A stretch of DNA of 64,000 bases, taken from positions 1 through 64,000 of the IMG/VR virus record IMGVR_UViG_3300033067_001009; one strand, written 5' to 3'. Source of the stretch: a virus (Duplodnaviria > Caudoviricetes). Shown here one piece after another: positions 7,952 to 18,877 of the stretch. Below the pieces are notes generated by a model. It made no database searches, was not told the DNA's origin, and saw only the letters and a program-made list of their open reading frames with translations. Both the position numbers and the translations under genes were made by a program. How positions within the stretch are numbered: the stretch's first letter is position 1; the number at the start of each line of letters is the position of its first letter.

Positions 7952-9952
7952 TTGGATGGTGTTATTGTAATACCGGCGACTCGACTCACGACACCCGTGT
8001 TACAAAAATCATTTAGCGACAGAATCCTTGGAATCTTCAAGGATACGCTCGCCCCGAGCAGGTCGATGACCTCAGAGGGAGCGGAGCTTATTCAGCTGCT
8101 CGACGACCCTAACGGTTGGCGGCAGTTTTTGCCACGTGTCGGTCGCAGCTCTTTCAAATCCGCATTCGCCCCGTTCCACGCCGAGTTCTGGGACTGGTAC
8201 TGGCACCTGACCTACCTCCGCAAGAAAGGACTGCCGATCACTCAGGAGATATTGACGTTCATCGCAGCGTGGGGGCGCGGCAATGCCAAGTCCACCTCGG
8301 TCGAGTGGGCGTGTCTGACCGAGGGTATGATGGGGCTGGAGGGGTACGTACTGTATGTCTCCCTGACACAAGCCTCGGCAGAGAGCCACGTGGCCGCAAT
8401 TCGTAAGCGTCTCGAATCGTCAGACCTCGGATACTTCTTTCCCGACCTCGCAGAACCCAAAATCGGTAAGCACAAGAACCGCTACGGCTGGCGGCAGAAC
8501 TTTCTCCAGACCCAGTCGGGCTGGGCGATCCGTCCGCTCGGGCTGGATACTGCCGTCCGTGGTTTGAAAGAGGAGGACTTGCGCCCCAGTCTGATCGTCT
8601 TCGACGACATCGACGGGTACAAGATGTCTCCGGAGATTGTCCAGACCAACTTGGATACGATTGCCCGTGACATCCTGCCAGCCGGTACGTCATCGACTAT
8701 CCAGCTGGTCGCCAACAACCTCATCGGGGAGCATACTGCCGTCAACCAGATCATCGAGGGTCATACGACCGTGATGGCCGAGCACGTCCCGTCCGTCTAT
8801 CCGGCGTTCGACGTGATCGAGGTCGAGAAGAGAATCGACCGCAAGAGCGGGGAACCTGCGTACGAGATCACGAAATGCACACCGATCTGGGAGCACTTCG
8901 ATAGAGAGACCGCTCGGGTCAATCTGAACAAGCTGGGGCTGGAGGCTTTTATGGCCGAGTACCAGCACGACTTCACGCTCGACCGGACGGATAGGGTTAT
9001 ACCCGAGTACGACCCGAACCTCCACGTCATCACGTGGGATCAGTTCCGGACGTTGTTCCCGAACACCCCTCTCGACGGGTACGTTCCCCAGCACTGGCAG
9101 ATAGGTGTGGGTCTCGACGTGGGTTTCACCGACAAGCATATCTCCGGCTGGTCTTGGATCGCTATGTCGGCAGAGGACTCGGTGCTGCCGTACTGTCACT
9201 TCCGGTATCGGGTCAAGACCTACACGACCGAGGGCGGCAATGCCCACAGTATGAACGACCAAGCCCGTGACGTGCTCGGGATCATCAATTACCGTGACCC
9301 GAATACCGGAGAGATGTGGAAAGAGTCCGACCAGTACGCGACGATGAAGATGTCGCACGAAGCACTCAACGAACGGATGGTTCTCGTCAGGGAGTATGAG
9401 CTGCTGTTCTCGGTCGCCCAGTTCGGCAAAGAGGACGGGATTCCCCAGTGGCGCTCGCTCCTACGTGTCGACAGGAAACTGCCGCACCCGTTCCACAAGG
9501 ACACGTACAACGAGGCCACGGGGTTGTACGAGCTGGGTCGCCCCAACTTCTTTGATGTGGTTTTCGACACAGATGCTCCACGTTCGTCGGGCGATATGGC
9601 GATTGCCCAGTATCAAGTTATGAATTGGAAACGGGTCAAGCCTAAACTGACGGCGACCGGTATCCAAAAGTCTCAGCCGATGAAATGGGAAGATGACGTG
9701 AACGATTCGACCCGTATGATCTTGGCCGAGCAGTCGCTGGCGGCAACCCCGCTCTCCAGCGTTCAGCGAAAGCTGCAAGCGCTCCGGAGCAAGGTCGGCA
9801 GCCCCAACCCCGAATTGAAGATCGGGTATCACGACTACACGGGTCAGTTGATGGCTCGGGTAATGGATTTGCAGGAGATGGAGAGGGAGGAGGAGCGTCG
9901 GTCAGCCGCAGGTCAAGCCCTGCTTAACAGTCTGATCCGGCCTCCGATGTAA
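7952..9952 (+). CDS. terL: terminase large subunit (start uncertain)
   Basis: Walker A-like WGRGNAKST, Walker B LIVFDDID, nuclease motif GLDVGF; precedes the portal. Confidence 0.85.
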   Translation: MDGVIVIPATRLTTPVLQKSFSDRILGIFKDTLAPSRSMTSEGAELIQLLDDPNGWRQFLPRVGRSSFKSAFAPFHAEFWDWYWHLTYLRKKGLPITQEILTFIAAWGRGNAKSTSVEWACLTEGMMGLEGYVLYVSLTQASAESHVAAIRKRLESSDLGYFFPDLAEPKIGKHKNRYGWRQNFLQTQSGWAIRPLGLDTAVRGLKEEDLRPSLIVFDDIDGYKMSPEIVQTNLDTIARDILPAGTSSTIQLVANNLIGEHTAVNQIIEGHTTVMAEHVPSVYPAFDVIEVEKRIDRKSGEPAYEITKCTPIWEHFDRETARVNLNKLGLEAFMAEYQHDFTLDRTDRVIPEYDPNLHVITWDQFRTLFPNTPLDGYVPQHWQIGVGLDVGFTDKHISGWSWIAMSAEDSVLPYCHFRYRVKTYTTEGGNAHSMNDQARDVLGIINYRDPNTGEMWKESDQYATMKMSHEALNERMVLVREYELLFSVAQFGKEDGIPQWRSLLRVDRKLPHPFHKDTYNEATGLYELGRPNFFDVVFDTDAPRSSGDMAIAQYQVMNWKRVKPKLTATGIQKSQPMKWEDDVNDSTRMILAEQSLAATPLSSVQRKLQALRSKVGSPNPELKIGYHDYTGQLMARVMDLQEMEREEERRSAAGQALLNSLIRPPM

Positions 9953-9956
9953 AACT

Positions 9957-10256
9957 ATGGATCAACACAAGCTAATGGATTTATATGAGCGCGAGCCGGA
10001 CGGAAGAGTACACCTGTACCTATTCGAGATGCCGATAGACGGCGTGACCGACCGTTATGGAGGCGACATTCCGGCACTTAGCTGGGAGGAAGCCCAAAGC
10101 AAGGTCGGTCTTTTCGGAGGTACAGTCATAGGAGTGGGGGCGTGCGTGATTGTACCGTCATTATGTGCTATATGCAGTGGCGAGATCGTAAAGGATATTA
10201 CCAGTGTCGAACCTACCGGCTCTGACGAATGGGGGAGTGTGATTGGTGATGATTAA
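9957..10256 (+). CDS. hypothetical protein
   Basis: Coupled ORF between terL and the portal. Confidence 0.55.
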   Translation: MDQHKLMDLYEREPDGRVHLYLFEMPIDGVTDRYGGDIPALSWEEAQSKVGLFGGTVIGVGACVIVPSLCAICSGEIVKDITSVEPTGSDEWGSVIGDD

Positions 10257-10668
10257 CATAGTAACAGTGTTGAAGCTGCTTCGGAGACTGCCGGAGCTGA
10301 TCGAGTTTATGGACAAGCACCGACCGGTTCTTGAGAAGCTGGCGGCGACGGTCGAGCGGTTCGACGATTTCATCGAACAGGTCGGAGACCAGCTCGACAA
10401 TATCGACAAGGCTGCTCAGCTGATTACCACCGGCTACGCGCAAGCGATGCAGTTCTCGTCCCAGTTTTCCGTACTTCCCCAGACCGTCGAGTCGGTAGAG
10501 GCAGAGCTGACCACCGCTCTCGCTGCCGTCAAGACGCTCCAGATGTCACCGGCTATCGGATCGCACGAGATCAACCGCAAGAACGAAAGCCTTGCCGTGC
10601 TCCAAGATCAGATCGATAATTTGAACAAACGCAAGGAGGAGTTGAATGCAGCCCAACCTACCAGATAA
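10243..10668 (+). CDS. hypothetical coiled-coil protein
   Basis: Heptad-rich ORF overlapping the portal start. Confidence 0.6.
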   Translation: MVMINIVTVLKLLRRLPELIEFMDKHRPVLEKLAATVERFDDFIEQVGDQLDNIDKAAQLITTGYAQAMQFSSQFSVLPQTVESVEAELTTALAAVKTLQMSPAIGSHEINRKNESLAVLQDQIDNLNKRKEELNAAQPTR

Positions 10669-13195
10669 CCCCGCCGCTATGCCGTTGCAGCAGCGAGCCA
10701 AGGATCGCTTTATAGACCAGATCGAACGCCGTCAGGAACAGGGAAAGACGACGACATTCGAGGCTCTCGCTACCCGCTTGCGGGAGCACTACTCGACACT
10801 CGACAACGCCGCTCGTCGGGCATTCGCCAAGTCGGCGCTCCGAATGTTCGCCAACTACGAGAACAAATGGACGGGGTACGCGAATGTATTGACCGGCCAG
10901 TGGGTCGAGCCGACCGCATCCGGAAACGATGTCAACCTGACGGTGCCACTGCTGACAGCGCACGTTGACACGGCAATCGTCAACTACACGAAGACCAAGC
11001 CGGAGTACAAGGGGATGCCGTTCATCAACACGGAGCTGAACCGCAAGCTGGCGCGAATGTGCGCCGTCATCGCGCATCGGGAACTCAAGCGAATGCTCAC
11101 GTTCTCCGACCTCCAGCGCGAGGCGCAGTATATGGCGCTCGCCACCTTGAGCTACCGGAACATCAAGATGGATTATCGTCCCGACAGCCCGATCATCTTC
11201 AAGGAAGTCGAGCAGACGCAGGATGTCCCGATGATTCAGCTGACGTGCACCAACTGCCAGTACACCGAGAAGATTCCGGCGATGGAGCTTTCGAGTGGCG
11301 ACACTCAAGGGGCAATCAACTGTCCGGAGTGTTTGTCGCCCAAAATACAGGTGATCCCACAGACCGACCAGCAGCAGGTCAAGGTCAAGGTTCCGGTACG
11401 TCTGCCCCGTCCGGTCATCGAGATACCTAATCCGGTCAACGTCCAGCGCGATTTTAATGCGATGACGTTCCGCAAGGGCAAGTTCGTGATCGTCCGCAGA
11501 CGGGTTCCCAAGAAGACTGCCGAGTTCTACTACCAGATAGACTTGACCGGAGCGAACTCCAGCACGGCAGCCGAGTCCATCGCCACCTCTCAGATGGCAC
11601 GGGAACCGATCCGCAACGACAACTCGACCGTCCCGCTGTTCGACATCGGCGGGTACGTGACCGAGCAGAACGAGTTGATCGAAGAGACGCACCTGTGGCT
11701 CGACCCGTCCGAGTACGGGTTGTTCTTTGCCGACAGCCAGATGCTCGGAGCGGTCTACCCGCACGGGTTGTACATACTGATGTGTGGCGATCTCGTGATC
11801 CGCAAGCGATCTGCCCGACTAGACATCGAGTGGGTCGGTCTCCAGCAGGGTATGCGTCCGGCCTCGAACGGAGGTACCGGTATGGTGCATCTGGCCGATA
11901 TGAACGAGGTCATCAATAACTGCCTGTCACTGGATTACGCAGTGCTCAGAACCCACGGGTTCCCGCTCCGCATCCTCCGTGAGCGCTACCTGTCGGCGCT
12001 GCCGCAAGCCTCCCAGACGCTGCTGGCAACCAAGATTCCGGATGACGTTCCGCTCGATGCTGTGATCCATACCGAACAGCCGTCGAACACGTCCGGTATG
12101 GTCGGGATCATCCCCCAGATAATGCAGCAGCATATGAGTTTCATCGCCGGTACGTTCAACCCGATGGATGCCGGAAACGGCGCAGCGAGAGATATGCTTG
12201 GCTCTGCCACTGGAGCAGCAGCACTTGAGGGGATGATGAACTCCCGTCAGGGTTTGAATCTCCAGATGCGTCTCGAAGCGGACATCGACACGATGTACTC
12301 GATCCTGTACTTCTTGCAGCAGGACGACCGCAACCGTGAATTGTTCATCGAGGAGTTCGACGAAGCGACCGTCGATGCGTTCTTCAAGAGTACCGACCTC
12401 AGAAGCTCGTTCTATTTCGAGCCGGTAAGAGGTACTGATGAACCCCAGTCCGAATCGGCCAACGCATTCAAGATGATTACGTTCGCCCAGAACATCGCTC
12501 CGCTGACCGGTCTGCACGAGTACGATAAAGAGACGTTCTACGATCTGGTTGCCAAACTCGGAGACTCGCTCAACATCGATGTCGAAATCGGAGCAGGTCG
12601 CAAAGAGCGCAATCTGGCCGACAACAAGATCACCAGAATCAAGGAACTGTACAAAGAGTACAAGAACGATCCGATGCTTGCACAGGCCACCCCAATCGAC
12701 ATCGGCTGCAATCTGTACCAAGCAGTCACGATGAAAGATGTGATGGTTGTTTCATCGATTGCACAAGCTCTCGCGCAGAAAGAAAAAGTTGCCACGGCAC
12801 CGATCATCAACGAAGTTCAGGCAATGGCCGCTTCGATGGTGCAAGCACCTCCGGTCGAGATTTATCTCTACGACTGGGACGCTCTCGTCGTCAGCTATTC
12901 GGACTGGCTCCAATCCGATGAGGGGCAGAACGCAGCTATACCGGTACAACTCGCTGTCGGTATGCTTTTCGCCTACGCACAGGAGATGAAAGAGCAGAAA
13001 GAGTGGTACGAAAAATTGAAGATGGCCTCGATGATTCCTGCTCCGGAAGACCCTAACGCCCCTGCGGGTCAGGACTCCGGTACGTCATCCGGCAGCACGA
13101 AGAAAGACGGAAAAGCAGCGGGGTCTACCGGTCGCCCACGGCAGCCGTCAGCCAGCCGGTACGCCGAGGGAAAAACTCGGGAAACCGCTAAGTAA
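10646..13195 (+). CDS. putative portal protein with Zn-ribbon insertion
   Basis: 849 aa, between terL and scaffold/capsid; CTNC...CPEC insert; low-complexity C-terminus. Confidence 0.7.
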   Translation: MQPNLPDNPAAMPLQQRAKDRFIDQIERRQEQGKTTTFEALATRLREHYSTLDNAARRAFAKSALRMFANYENKWTGYANVLTGQWVEPTASGNDVNLTVPLLTAHVDTAIVNYTKTKPEYKGMPFINTELNRKLARMCAVIAHRELKRMLTFSDLQREAQYMALATLSYRNIKMDYRPDSPIIFKEVEQTQDVPMIQLTCTNCQYTEKIPAMELSSGDTQGAINCPECLSPKIQVIPQTDQQQVKVKVPVRLPRPVIEIPNPVNVQRDFNAMTFRKGKFVIVRRRVPKKTAEFYYQIDLTGANSSTAAESIATSQMAREPIRNDNSTVPLFDIGGYVTEQNELIEETHLWLDPSEYGLFFADSQMLGAVYPHGLYILMCGDLVIRKRSARLDIEWVGLQQGMRPASNGGTGMVHLADMNEVINNCLSLDYAVLRTHGFPLRILRERYLSALPQASQTLLATKIPDDVPLDAVIHTEQPSNTSGMVGIIPQIMQQHMSFIAGTFNPMDAGNGAARDMLGSATGAAALEGMMNSRQGLNLQMRLEADIDTMYSILYFLQQDDRNRELFIEEFDEATVDAFFKSTDLRSSFYFEPVRGTDEPQSESANAFKMITFAQNIAPLTGLHEYDKETFYDLVAKLGDSLNIDVEIGAGRKERNLADNKITRIKELYKEYKNDPMLAQATPIDIGCNLYQAVTMKDVMVVSSIAQALAQKEKVATAPIINEVQAMAASMVQAPPVEIYLYDWDALVVSYSDWLQSDEGQNAAIPVQLAVGMLFAYAQEMKEQKEWYEKLKMASMIPAPEDPNAPAGQDSGTSSGSTKKDGKAAGSTGRPRQPSASRYAEGKTRETAK

Positions 13196-13232
13196 CCTGT
13201 CGATGTGGTAGAGGAGCATCTTCTACCCACTC

Positions 13233-13261
13233 TTGACAGAATTGAAAAATAGGTGTATTAA
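13233..13261 (+). promoter_or_regulatory. sigma70-type promoter for scaffold/capsid genes
   Basis: TTGACA-N17-TATTAA, just after a hairpin at 13205-13230. Confidence 0.6.
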
Positions 13262-13320
13262 TCTAAAACTAGGTGACCGTCCCGTCACCTAACCCGATAG
13301 GAGTTAGAAACAAAAACAGT

Positions 13321-14850
13321 ATGGCAGTAGAGTTAAAACCCAACTCGCAGTACGTATCAGATGCGGCTTTTTTTGCTAATCAAGGTCTCGGCTCGTCGTT
13401 ACCTGTATCAAATCCGACCGAACCAGCCACTTCGCAAGAGCCTGTACAAGATGCACCTGCTAATCAAGGGCAACCAACCGCAGCACAACTACCGTTGAAC
13501 CCAATCGCCGCACCGTTTCCGGCCTCGGAATTGCCGCCGCCTCCGGCAGCAGAACCAACACCGGCACCGGTCGTCGAGGAACCGACCATCGATCCCAACG
13601 ATCTGTTCTCAACGGAATTACCGAATACCGTTCCCGAACCGGCTCAAGACCCCTTGAGTGTCGACACTGGAACAGTTATTCCGGACGTTTCGACCACTGT
13701 TTTCGACGAGTTCAAACCGGCAGCAGACGCTCCGGACTGGCAGCGAGAGCAGTTTGCCAATATCGTCAACGACCCGAATTTCAGCGAGCAGGACAAACGC
13801 GACATCCTCGCGCAGAATCCGCACTCGTGGGTCAAGCAACGTAAATGGCAGCGTGACTCCAGAACCCTCGGCAGATTCAGAGACCCGAACGTCCCGATCA
13901 CGGACATCCTCGGCGCTCTGAGAGAGCAGAACACCACTCGGGCTGAACAGCTTGAGATCGAGAGTGCTGCTTCTCTGCTATCGAACGCCGAGAAAATCGT
14001 ACGTTTTGCGGAGAGCCAGCCGGAAGTATATTCCCAACTGATGCTCGCGTTAATCACGGAAGCTCCGGAACAGATGACGCAGGTACTGGGAAAGCAAGGT
14101 TACCTCGTAACCAAAGCTGAACCGGCGAACGCCGACGACATCTTGGCGAAGCTGATGGAGAATCCGTATTACGCATCGATTCGGGACACCGAGTTCGGTG
14201 ACGAGGTCGTCAACACGATTCGTGATCTGGCGACAAAGGCAGGTTCCACGGAACCGACCGAGCCGACCGAGCCGAATCAACCGGCACCGACCGGCTTCCA
14301 GAACCCTGAGTTCGTCTCACGGGTCACGGAGACCGTCGAAACCACCAAGACGCAGGTGTGGGACAAAGCGTTATCGGATGGACTTGCCCGTGAGGGGATC
14401 AAACCGGCGACCAAGGAAGAGATCGCCGCCAACCCGCTCGCGTACTTCAAGACCATTATGCACAACATCGCTGTTCACGGGTTGGAGGGCGTAGTCCCCA
14501 GCTCGGACAAGCAGATCGACAAATTCGTTGGTGACAATCCGGACTATCTGGAGACCTTACAGGCTCTGGATCGGTATCTCAGCAGCGGAGAGTTGGACAA
14601 GTTCAAGGATGAAGCGAAGACGCTTGCTCCGGTGTACCACCAATTCGGTGCGGCACGAGCAGGAATCCCGTTCATCAAGGGGCTGTACAACCAAGTACAG
14701 AAACTTCTCGGGGAGAAACCGGCTGTGACTCAGCCGCCGCCTCCCGAACCGACCGTACCGCAGACCCCGACCGGCAACCCGCCGATTACACCTCGTGACA
14801 ACGGGTGGGCTTCTGACAGGTTGTTTTTCGAGAAGCAGAACCGACAATAA
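13321..14850 (+). CDS. putative capsid scaffolding protein
   Basis: Pro/Glu-rich termini with a helical core; directly upstream of the capsid gene. Confidence 0.55.
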   Translation: MAVELKPNSQYVSDAAFFANQGLGSSLPVSNPTEPATSQEPVQDAPANQGQPTAAQLPLNPIAAPFPASELPPPPAAEPTPAPVVEEPTIDPNDLFSTELPNTVPEPAQDPLSVDTGTVIPDVSTTVFDEFKPAADAPDWQREQFANIVNDPNFSEQDKRDILAQNPHSWVKQRKWQRDSRTLGRFRDPNVPITDILGALREQNTTRAEQLEIESAASLLSNAEKIVRFAESQPEVYSQLMLALITEAPEQMTQVLGKQGYLVTKAEPANADDILAKLMENPYYASIRDTEFGDEVVNTIRDLATKAGSTEPTEPTEPNQPAPTGFQNPEFVSRVTETVETTKTQVWDKALSDGLAREGIKPATKEEIAANPLAYFKTIMHNIAVHGLEGVVPSSDKQIDKFVGDNPDYLETLQALDRYLSSGELDKFKDEAKTLAPVYHQFGAARAGIPFIKGLYNQVQKLLGEKPAVTQPPPPEPTVPQTPTGNPPITPRDNGWASDRLFFEKQNRQ

Positions 14851-14886
14851 GTTTTTAATACAGGTAACGACACAGGAGACATAGAA

Positions 14887-16305
14887 GTGGCAAATAATAC
14901 AACGACACTCGAACTACCCAAGATGGTAGAAATCCTCGAAGACCTGCGTGTCCATCAAGTGTTGGAATGCAAGTTCGAGAGACGGATGCGGGAAGTCCAG
15001 ACCAGTTTGAACTGGAACCCCCGTGGAATTTTAAGCCCGTACGAAACGGAAAGTGACTACAACCACTTTGCCGTCTCGGAAGCTGGTGTGATCCAGTCGG
15101 GCGGCACGTCGGAATACCAGATTCTCAAGCAGACGATGCGGAGCCTCTGGAAATCCGTGAACATCACTGGTGAACTTGCGCGTCTCAAGAGCGAGCAGTT
15201 CGTCGGCATCAAGGAAGAATACGGTCAGGAGATCGACGACACGATGGCGATGGGCTTGGCCTCGCACCGCGCCATCGAGACCATTCTCAAGCGGTCTTCC
15301 CAGATTTACAAACGGCTCAAGAATTTCTACGCCATCAACGGCGTAGACAGCTCGCCCATCGGTTCGGTGACCGGCGCTCCGGCGGGTAACGTTGTTCCGT
15401 TCGCGTGGACGGGTGATGTCGGCAACCGGATGTTGTTCAAAGGGATGAAAATCCAGTTCTACGACATCTCGGCCACGACCCTCCGGAAGAACTCCGGCGA
15501 CTACGGCGCACCCCGCTCGGAGACGCAACAGTATTCGCAGGTGTCGGCCACGGTCGATCACCGGTATTCGATCAACGCCGCCAACAACGGTGCCGTGACG
15601 TTCGACGTTCTGCCGACCGTCGCACTGGCCGCTGGCGATACGGCGCACATCCTGCAAGGCTACGGCGCGATGCCGCAGGGCTTCTTTTACTGGGTTAGCG
15701 ACACCGGTAACCTAAATGGTTCAGCCGGTAACATCGCTCGCTCGGTCTGTCCGGAAGTCTTCTGCTCGGTCGTTCAGGACAACTCGGCCAACACAGCCAA
15801 CACACCGGCACTGATGCTGGCGATGGAGTCGATGTTCCGTGGCAAGATGTCGGAAAACGAACCGATTGCAATGGAAATCTGGATGAACAAAGCGCAGGTC
15901 TACAAGTACCAGCTGTTCGGTATGAACAGCTCGGTCGCAGGTGGCGCGGCGTTCAACGTCAGCCGGTTCGGTGATTGGACGGCTCCGACTGCGATGGATG
16001 TCGGCATCCCGCACAAGGGACTGTCGTTCAACAACATCCGGATCGAGGAAGATCGGGACGTGCCGCCGTCGAAGAACATCTGGATCGACTGGCTCGGCTG
16101 GCAGATTGACCAGCAAACGCCGGACACGATTTACGAATACCATCAGAACCAGCAGATGTTTCAGGCTCACTCGGCGTACGGCGAGCCAATCGACGCGAAA
16201 CAGATCACGATGTTCTCGCAATACAACTACCGTTGCACCAAGTTCAAAACCCAAGGGTTTCAGGACGACTTGGCGTTCGACGGCAACCAGATTGCCCAGC
16301 CGTAA
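14887..16305 (+). CDS. putative major capsid protein
   Basis: 472 aa, GGAG RBS, biased codon usage, position after the scaffold, followed by a terminator. Confidence 0.65.
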   Translation: MANNTTTLELPKMVEILEDLRVHQVLECKFERRMREVQTSLNWNPRGILSPYETESDYNHFAVSEAGVIQSGGTSEYQILKQTMRSLWKSVNITGELARLKSEQFVGIKEEYGQEIDDTMAMGLASHRAIETILKRSSQIYKRLKNFYAINGVDSSPIGSVTGAPAGNVVPFAWTGDVGNRMLFKGMKIQFYDISATTLRKNSGDYGAPRSETQQYSQVSATVDHRYSINAANNGAVTFDVLPTVALAAGDTAHILQGYGAMPQGFFYWVSDTGNLNGSAGNIARSVCPEVFCSVVQDNSANTANTPALMLAMESMFRGKMSENEPIAMEIWMNKAQVYKYQLFGMNSSVAGGAAFNVSRFGDWTAPTAMDVGIPHKGLSFNNIRIEEDRDVPPSKNIWIDWLGWQIDQQTPDTIYEYHQNQQMFQAHSAYGEPIDAKQITMFSQYNYRCTKFKTQGFQDDLAFDGNQIAQP

Positions 16306-16321
16306 GGTTGAGCAATAGCTC

Positions 16322-16354
16322 GGGGGAGCAGCAGAGGTTTGTGCTCCCCCTTTT
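16322..16354 (+). terminator. Rho-independent terminator
   Basis: GGGGGAGCA...TGCTCCCCC then TTTT. Confidence 0.8.
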
Positions 16355-16415
16355 CAGGGTTTGTATCATTGACTAAAAGTCGAGCGCTAGGTGCGAACCC
16401 TGTTTTCAAATTTTA

Positions 16416-17249
16416 ATGATAGTTGCACCAACACAATCAAAACGATTATTTACGTTTGACGAACTGGCGACCGAGGATGGTCGTCGAGAATACTACCGTG
16501 TCGATCTTAAAAATACCGACACGCTTCGTAACGGTCTCGTAGAGCCGTACCTGAACCCAGCCTTTAACGATGACTTGCTGGAACGGTACGGCTGTGATGT
16601 TCACGGGGATCAGTTGGTCAAGATCAGCTGGGCAGCCGACATCCGAGCTACCCAGTTCAAAGATGCGGGTGCGATCACGATTCCGTACCTCGGTCGCAAG
16701 TACCCGTGGCGAGGGGGGTTCCGGTTGAAAGTGACAACCGGATACTCCTACACGGATACCGATGGTAACAAGGTAACCGTCCGCACCCTGGCAGATGTGC
16801 CACAAAGAACTGCATTCATCGAGGAGTTCGAGTACGATGACCTCGGCGCACGTAAGTTCGTGGTCGAGATGAAATACACGCTGGAGCAAATGGTCAAGAT
16901 GGAGTGGTGCCCACCACCGGATACTCCGGAGGGCGAGCAGTGGTGTGTACGCAACGGTAAGCGGTACCGTGTCGCCCCCGACCCGAAAGGTGAGTACATC
17001 TTCGGGTTCTTTATCGAGGACAAAGACGGCGAGTATCGGGACGTGACCGCACTCGATGTTCAGGGCATCCACGACATTTTTAATCGCGCCCTCAACGAAA
17101 CGGACGAGGAGCGGGTAACGCGCAAGGTGGAAGAGTGGGAGCGCATCCAGAAACGGATGAAGCTGAAAGAGGCCGAGCAGGAGCTTATCTCGTGGGAGGA
17201 AGCGATTGTTCGAGTAGAAAATAAGAGGAGAGGAGTTGTTTATGTCTAA
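16416..17249 (+). CDS. hypothetical protein
   Basis: 277-aa ORF in the head module. Confidence 0.7.
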   Translation: MIVAPTQSKRLFTFDELATEDGRREYYRVDLKNTDTLRNGLVEPYLNPAFNDDLLERYGCDVHGDQLVKISWAADIRATQFKDAGAITIPYLGRKYPWRGGFRLKVTTGYSYTDTDGNKVTVRTLADVPQRTAFIEEFEYDDLGARKFVVEMKYTLEQMVKMEWCPPPDTPEGEQWCVRNGKRYRVAPDPKGEYIFGFFIEDKDGEYRDVTALDVQGIHDIFNRALNETDEERVTRKVEEWERIQKRMKLKEAEQELISWEEAIVRVENKRRGVVYV

Positions 17250-17706
17250 CAAAGCAAAAGACGAAGATAAGAAAGCGGAAGACACCACGAGTGTCGACAC
17301 TCAAGAGGTATCGGCAGCCGGAGAACCGGCAGCGGATTTCAAACCGATTCCGGAACACGCAGTTGCCGCCGCGCCGGTAGACGTTCCGGTAGGTGAACCG
17401 GTCGCCAACGCGCCGGAAGAAGAGGGGGTCAATCTGGTTAGCGATCTGACGGCGCTCACCACGGCCGCAGCCGGTAAGGTCGACAGACTGATGGAGACAG
17501 GCTTGAAGTTCCAGCAGTTCGTCCGTGAAAACGAAACCAAATTTCGCCGGATCGAGAGCATCCAGCAGGGCTATAACACGCTTAAAGAGGTATCGGATGA
17601 TCTGTCGAAAATTATCGACCTCGCCAAAATCGATGCCCTGACGAAGCAGCTGGAGGACGCTCTCGCCAGTATCCAGCGCAAGGAGGCAACCGGACAAGAT
17701 GCCTAA
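17242..17706 (+). CDS. hypothetical acidic/coiled-coil protein
   Basis: GAGGAG RBS; contains one palindrome copy (SVDT). Confidence 0.7.
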   Translation: MSNKAKDEDKKAEDTTSVDTQEVSAAGEPAADFKPIPEHAVAAAPVDVPVGEPVANAPEEEGVNLVSDLTALTTAAAGKVDRLMETGLKFQQFVRENETKFRRIESIQQGYNTLKEVSDDLSKIIDLAKIDALTKQLEDALASIQRKEATGQDA

Positions 17707-18877
17707 GATGAACAAGGTCGTGTCGGGTGCTCTTGACAGCATCCGGCGCGTCATCCAACACCACGAGCAGTGCAAGTTCGTCATTCATTTCTGGATGCCG
17801 TTCTTCAACATTGCGATGGGGGGTTTCAGATTCCCACAGATTCCGGACGATTACATACCGTCCGGAGTTTTGATTCCGCTCGTCGACATTACACAGCGGC
17901 ACATCGATTCGTTCGCCCACCCGACCACGGGCAAGTTGACGGTCTTCGAGTCGCCGTTCACCCAAACCATCGTCCAAAGCTATCTCGACCTCCAGCGTCG
18001 GTACGGCAGGTACGGACTAACGATGGTTGAGCCGCTCTCGTGCACGCTGGGTGAGGCTGAGGAGACCATCGAAGCGTTCGACTTGATGTACTCGGAGTTC
18101 AACGGGTATCTACAAGACCTTGCGGATTTCTTCCGCATCCAGTCGCCGGTCGCTCACCAGCTCGACAATCCGATCAAGCGCTGTAAGGTCACGTACGACC
18201 AAGCTCTCGACAACCTGCTGGCAAGCGGACGTATCTCCGAGGTTATGTACCAGCGGCTAATGGCTGCTGTCCACGACTTCCAGCGTTCGGTCGAGTTCGC
18301 TCACCGGACAGCCTTGTCTCCTCAGGACGGCATCCTGCCGAACTCCATCAAGTACGTCAACGCCGGTACCAAGAAAGACGGACTGGATGAGGCCGATCTC
18401 TGGATCGCTCGCCAGTTCCCCGACTTCAAGGTCAGCTCGCGTTTGCAGGGCAAGGAAGATACCAACAGCATCGACAAGCTCGTCGAGGTGTTGGCCGACC
18501 GTCTCGTCGGAACCCCGAAAGCCGCAGTCGTAAATCCGTCCGCAGCACCGACCGATCTCTGGGCGCTTCTGACGAACGCGACACCGGAAGAGAAAGCAGC
18601 GCTGCGAGCGATCCTCGGCATCGACACGCAGCCGTTGGGTACTCCCGCAGCTGTTCCGGCGACTTCGAGTGTCGACACTCAAGAGCCGGAGGCAGTCGAT
18701 TACGAGGACGCTTACGACCCACCGGCATTCACGCAGCAGTGCAGCGGTACCACCCGCAACGACACCCGCTGCAAGCTGGATGCTCGGCAGGGTCATATGA
18801 CTTGCACGGCACACGCCGATCAAGAGGAGTCGATCCTCGCAGCGATGCGGGGTTTAGCGGAGCAAGCAAGTGCATAA
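17699..18877 (+). CDS. hypothetical protein with C-terminal Cys/His motif
   Basis: CSGTTRNDTRC...CTAH near the C-terminus. Confidence 0.7.
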   Translation: MPKMNKVVSGALDSIRRVIQHHEQCKFVIHFWMPFFNIAMGGFRFPQIPDDYIPSGVLIPLVDITQRHIDSFAHPTTGKLTVFESPFTQTIVQSYLDLQRRYGRYGLTMVEPLSCTLGEAEETIEAFDLMYSEFNGYLQDLADFFRIQSPVAHQLDNPIKRCKVTYDQALDNLLASGRISEVMYQRLMAAVHDFQRSVEFAHRTALSPQDGILPNSIKYVNAGTKKDGLDEADLWIARQFPDFKVSSRLQGKEDTNSIDKLVEVLADRLVGTPKAAVVNPSAAPTDLWALLTNATPEEKAALRAILGIDTQPLGTPAAVPATSSVDTQEPEAVDYEDAYDPPAFTQQCSGTTRNDTRCKLDARQGHMTCTAHADQEESILAAMRGLAEQASA

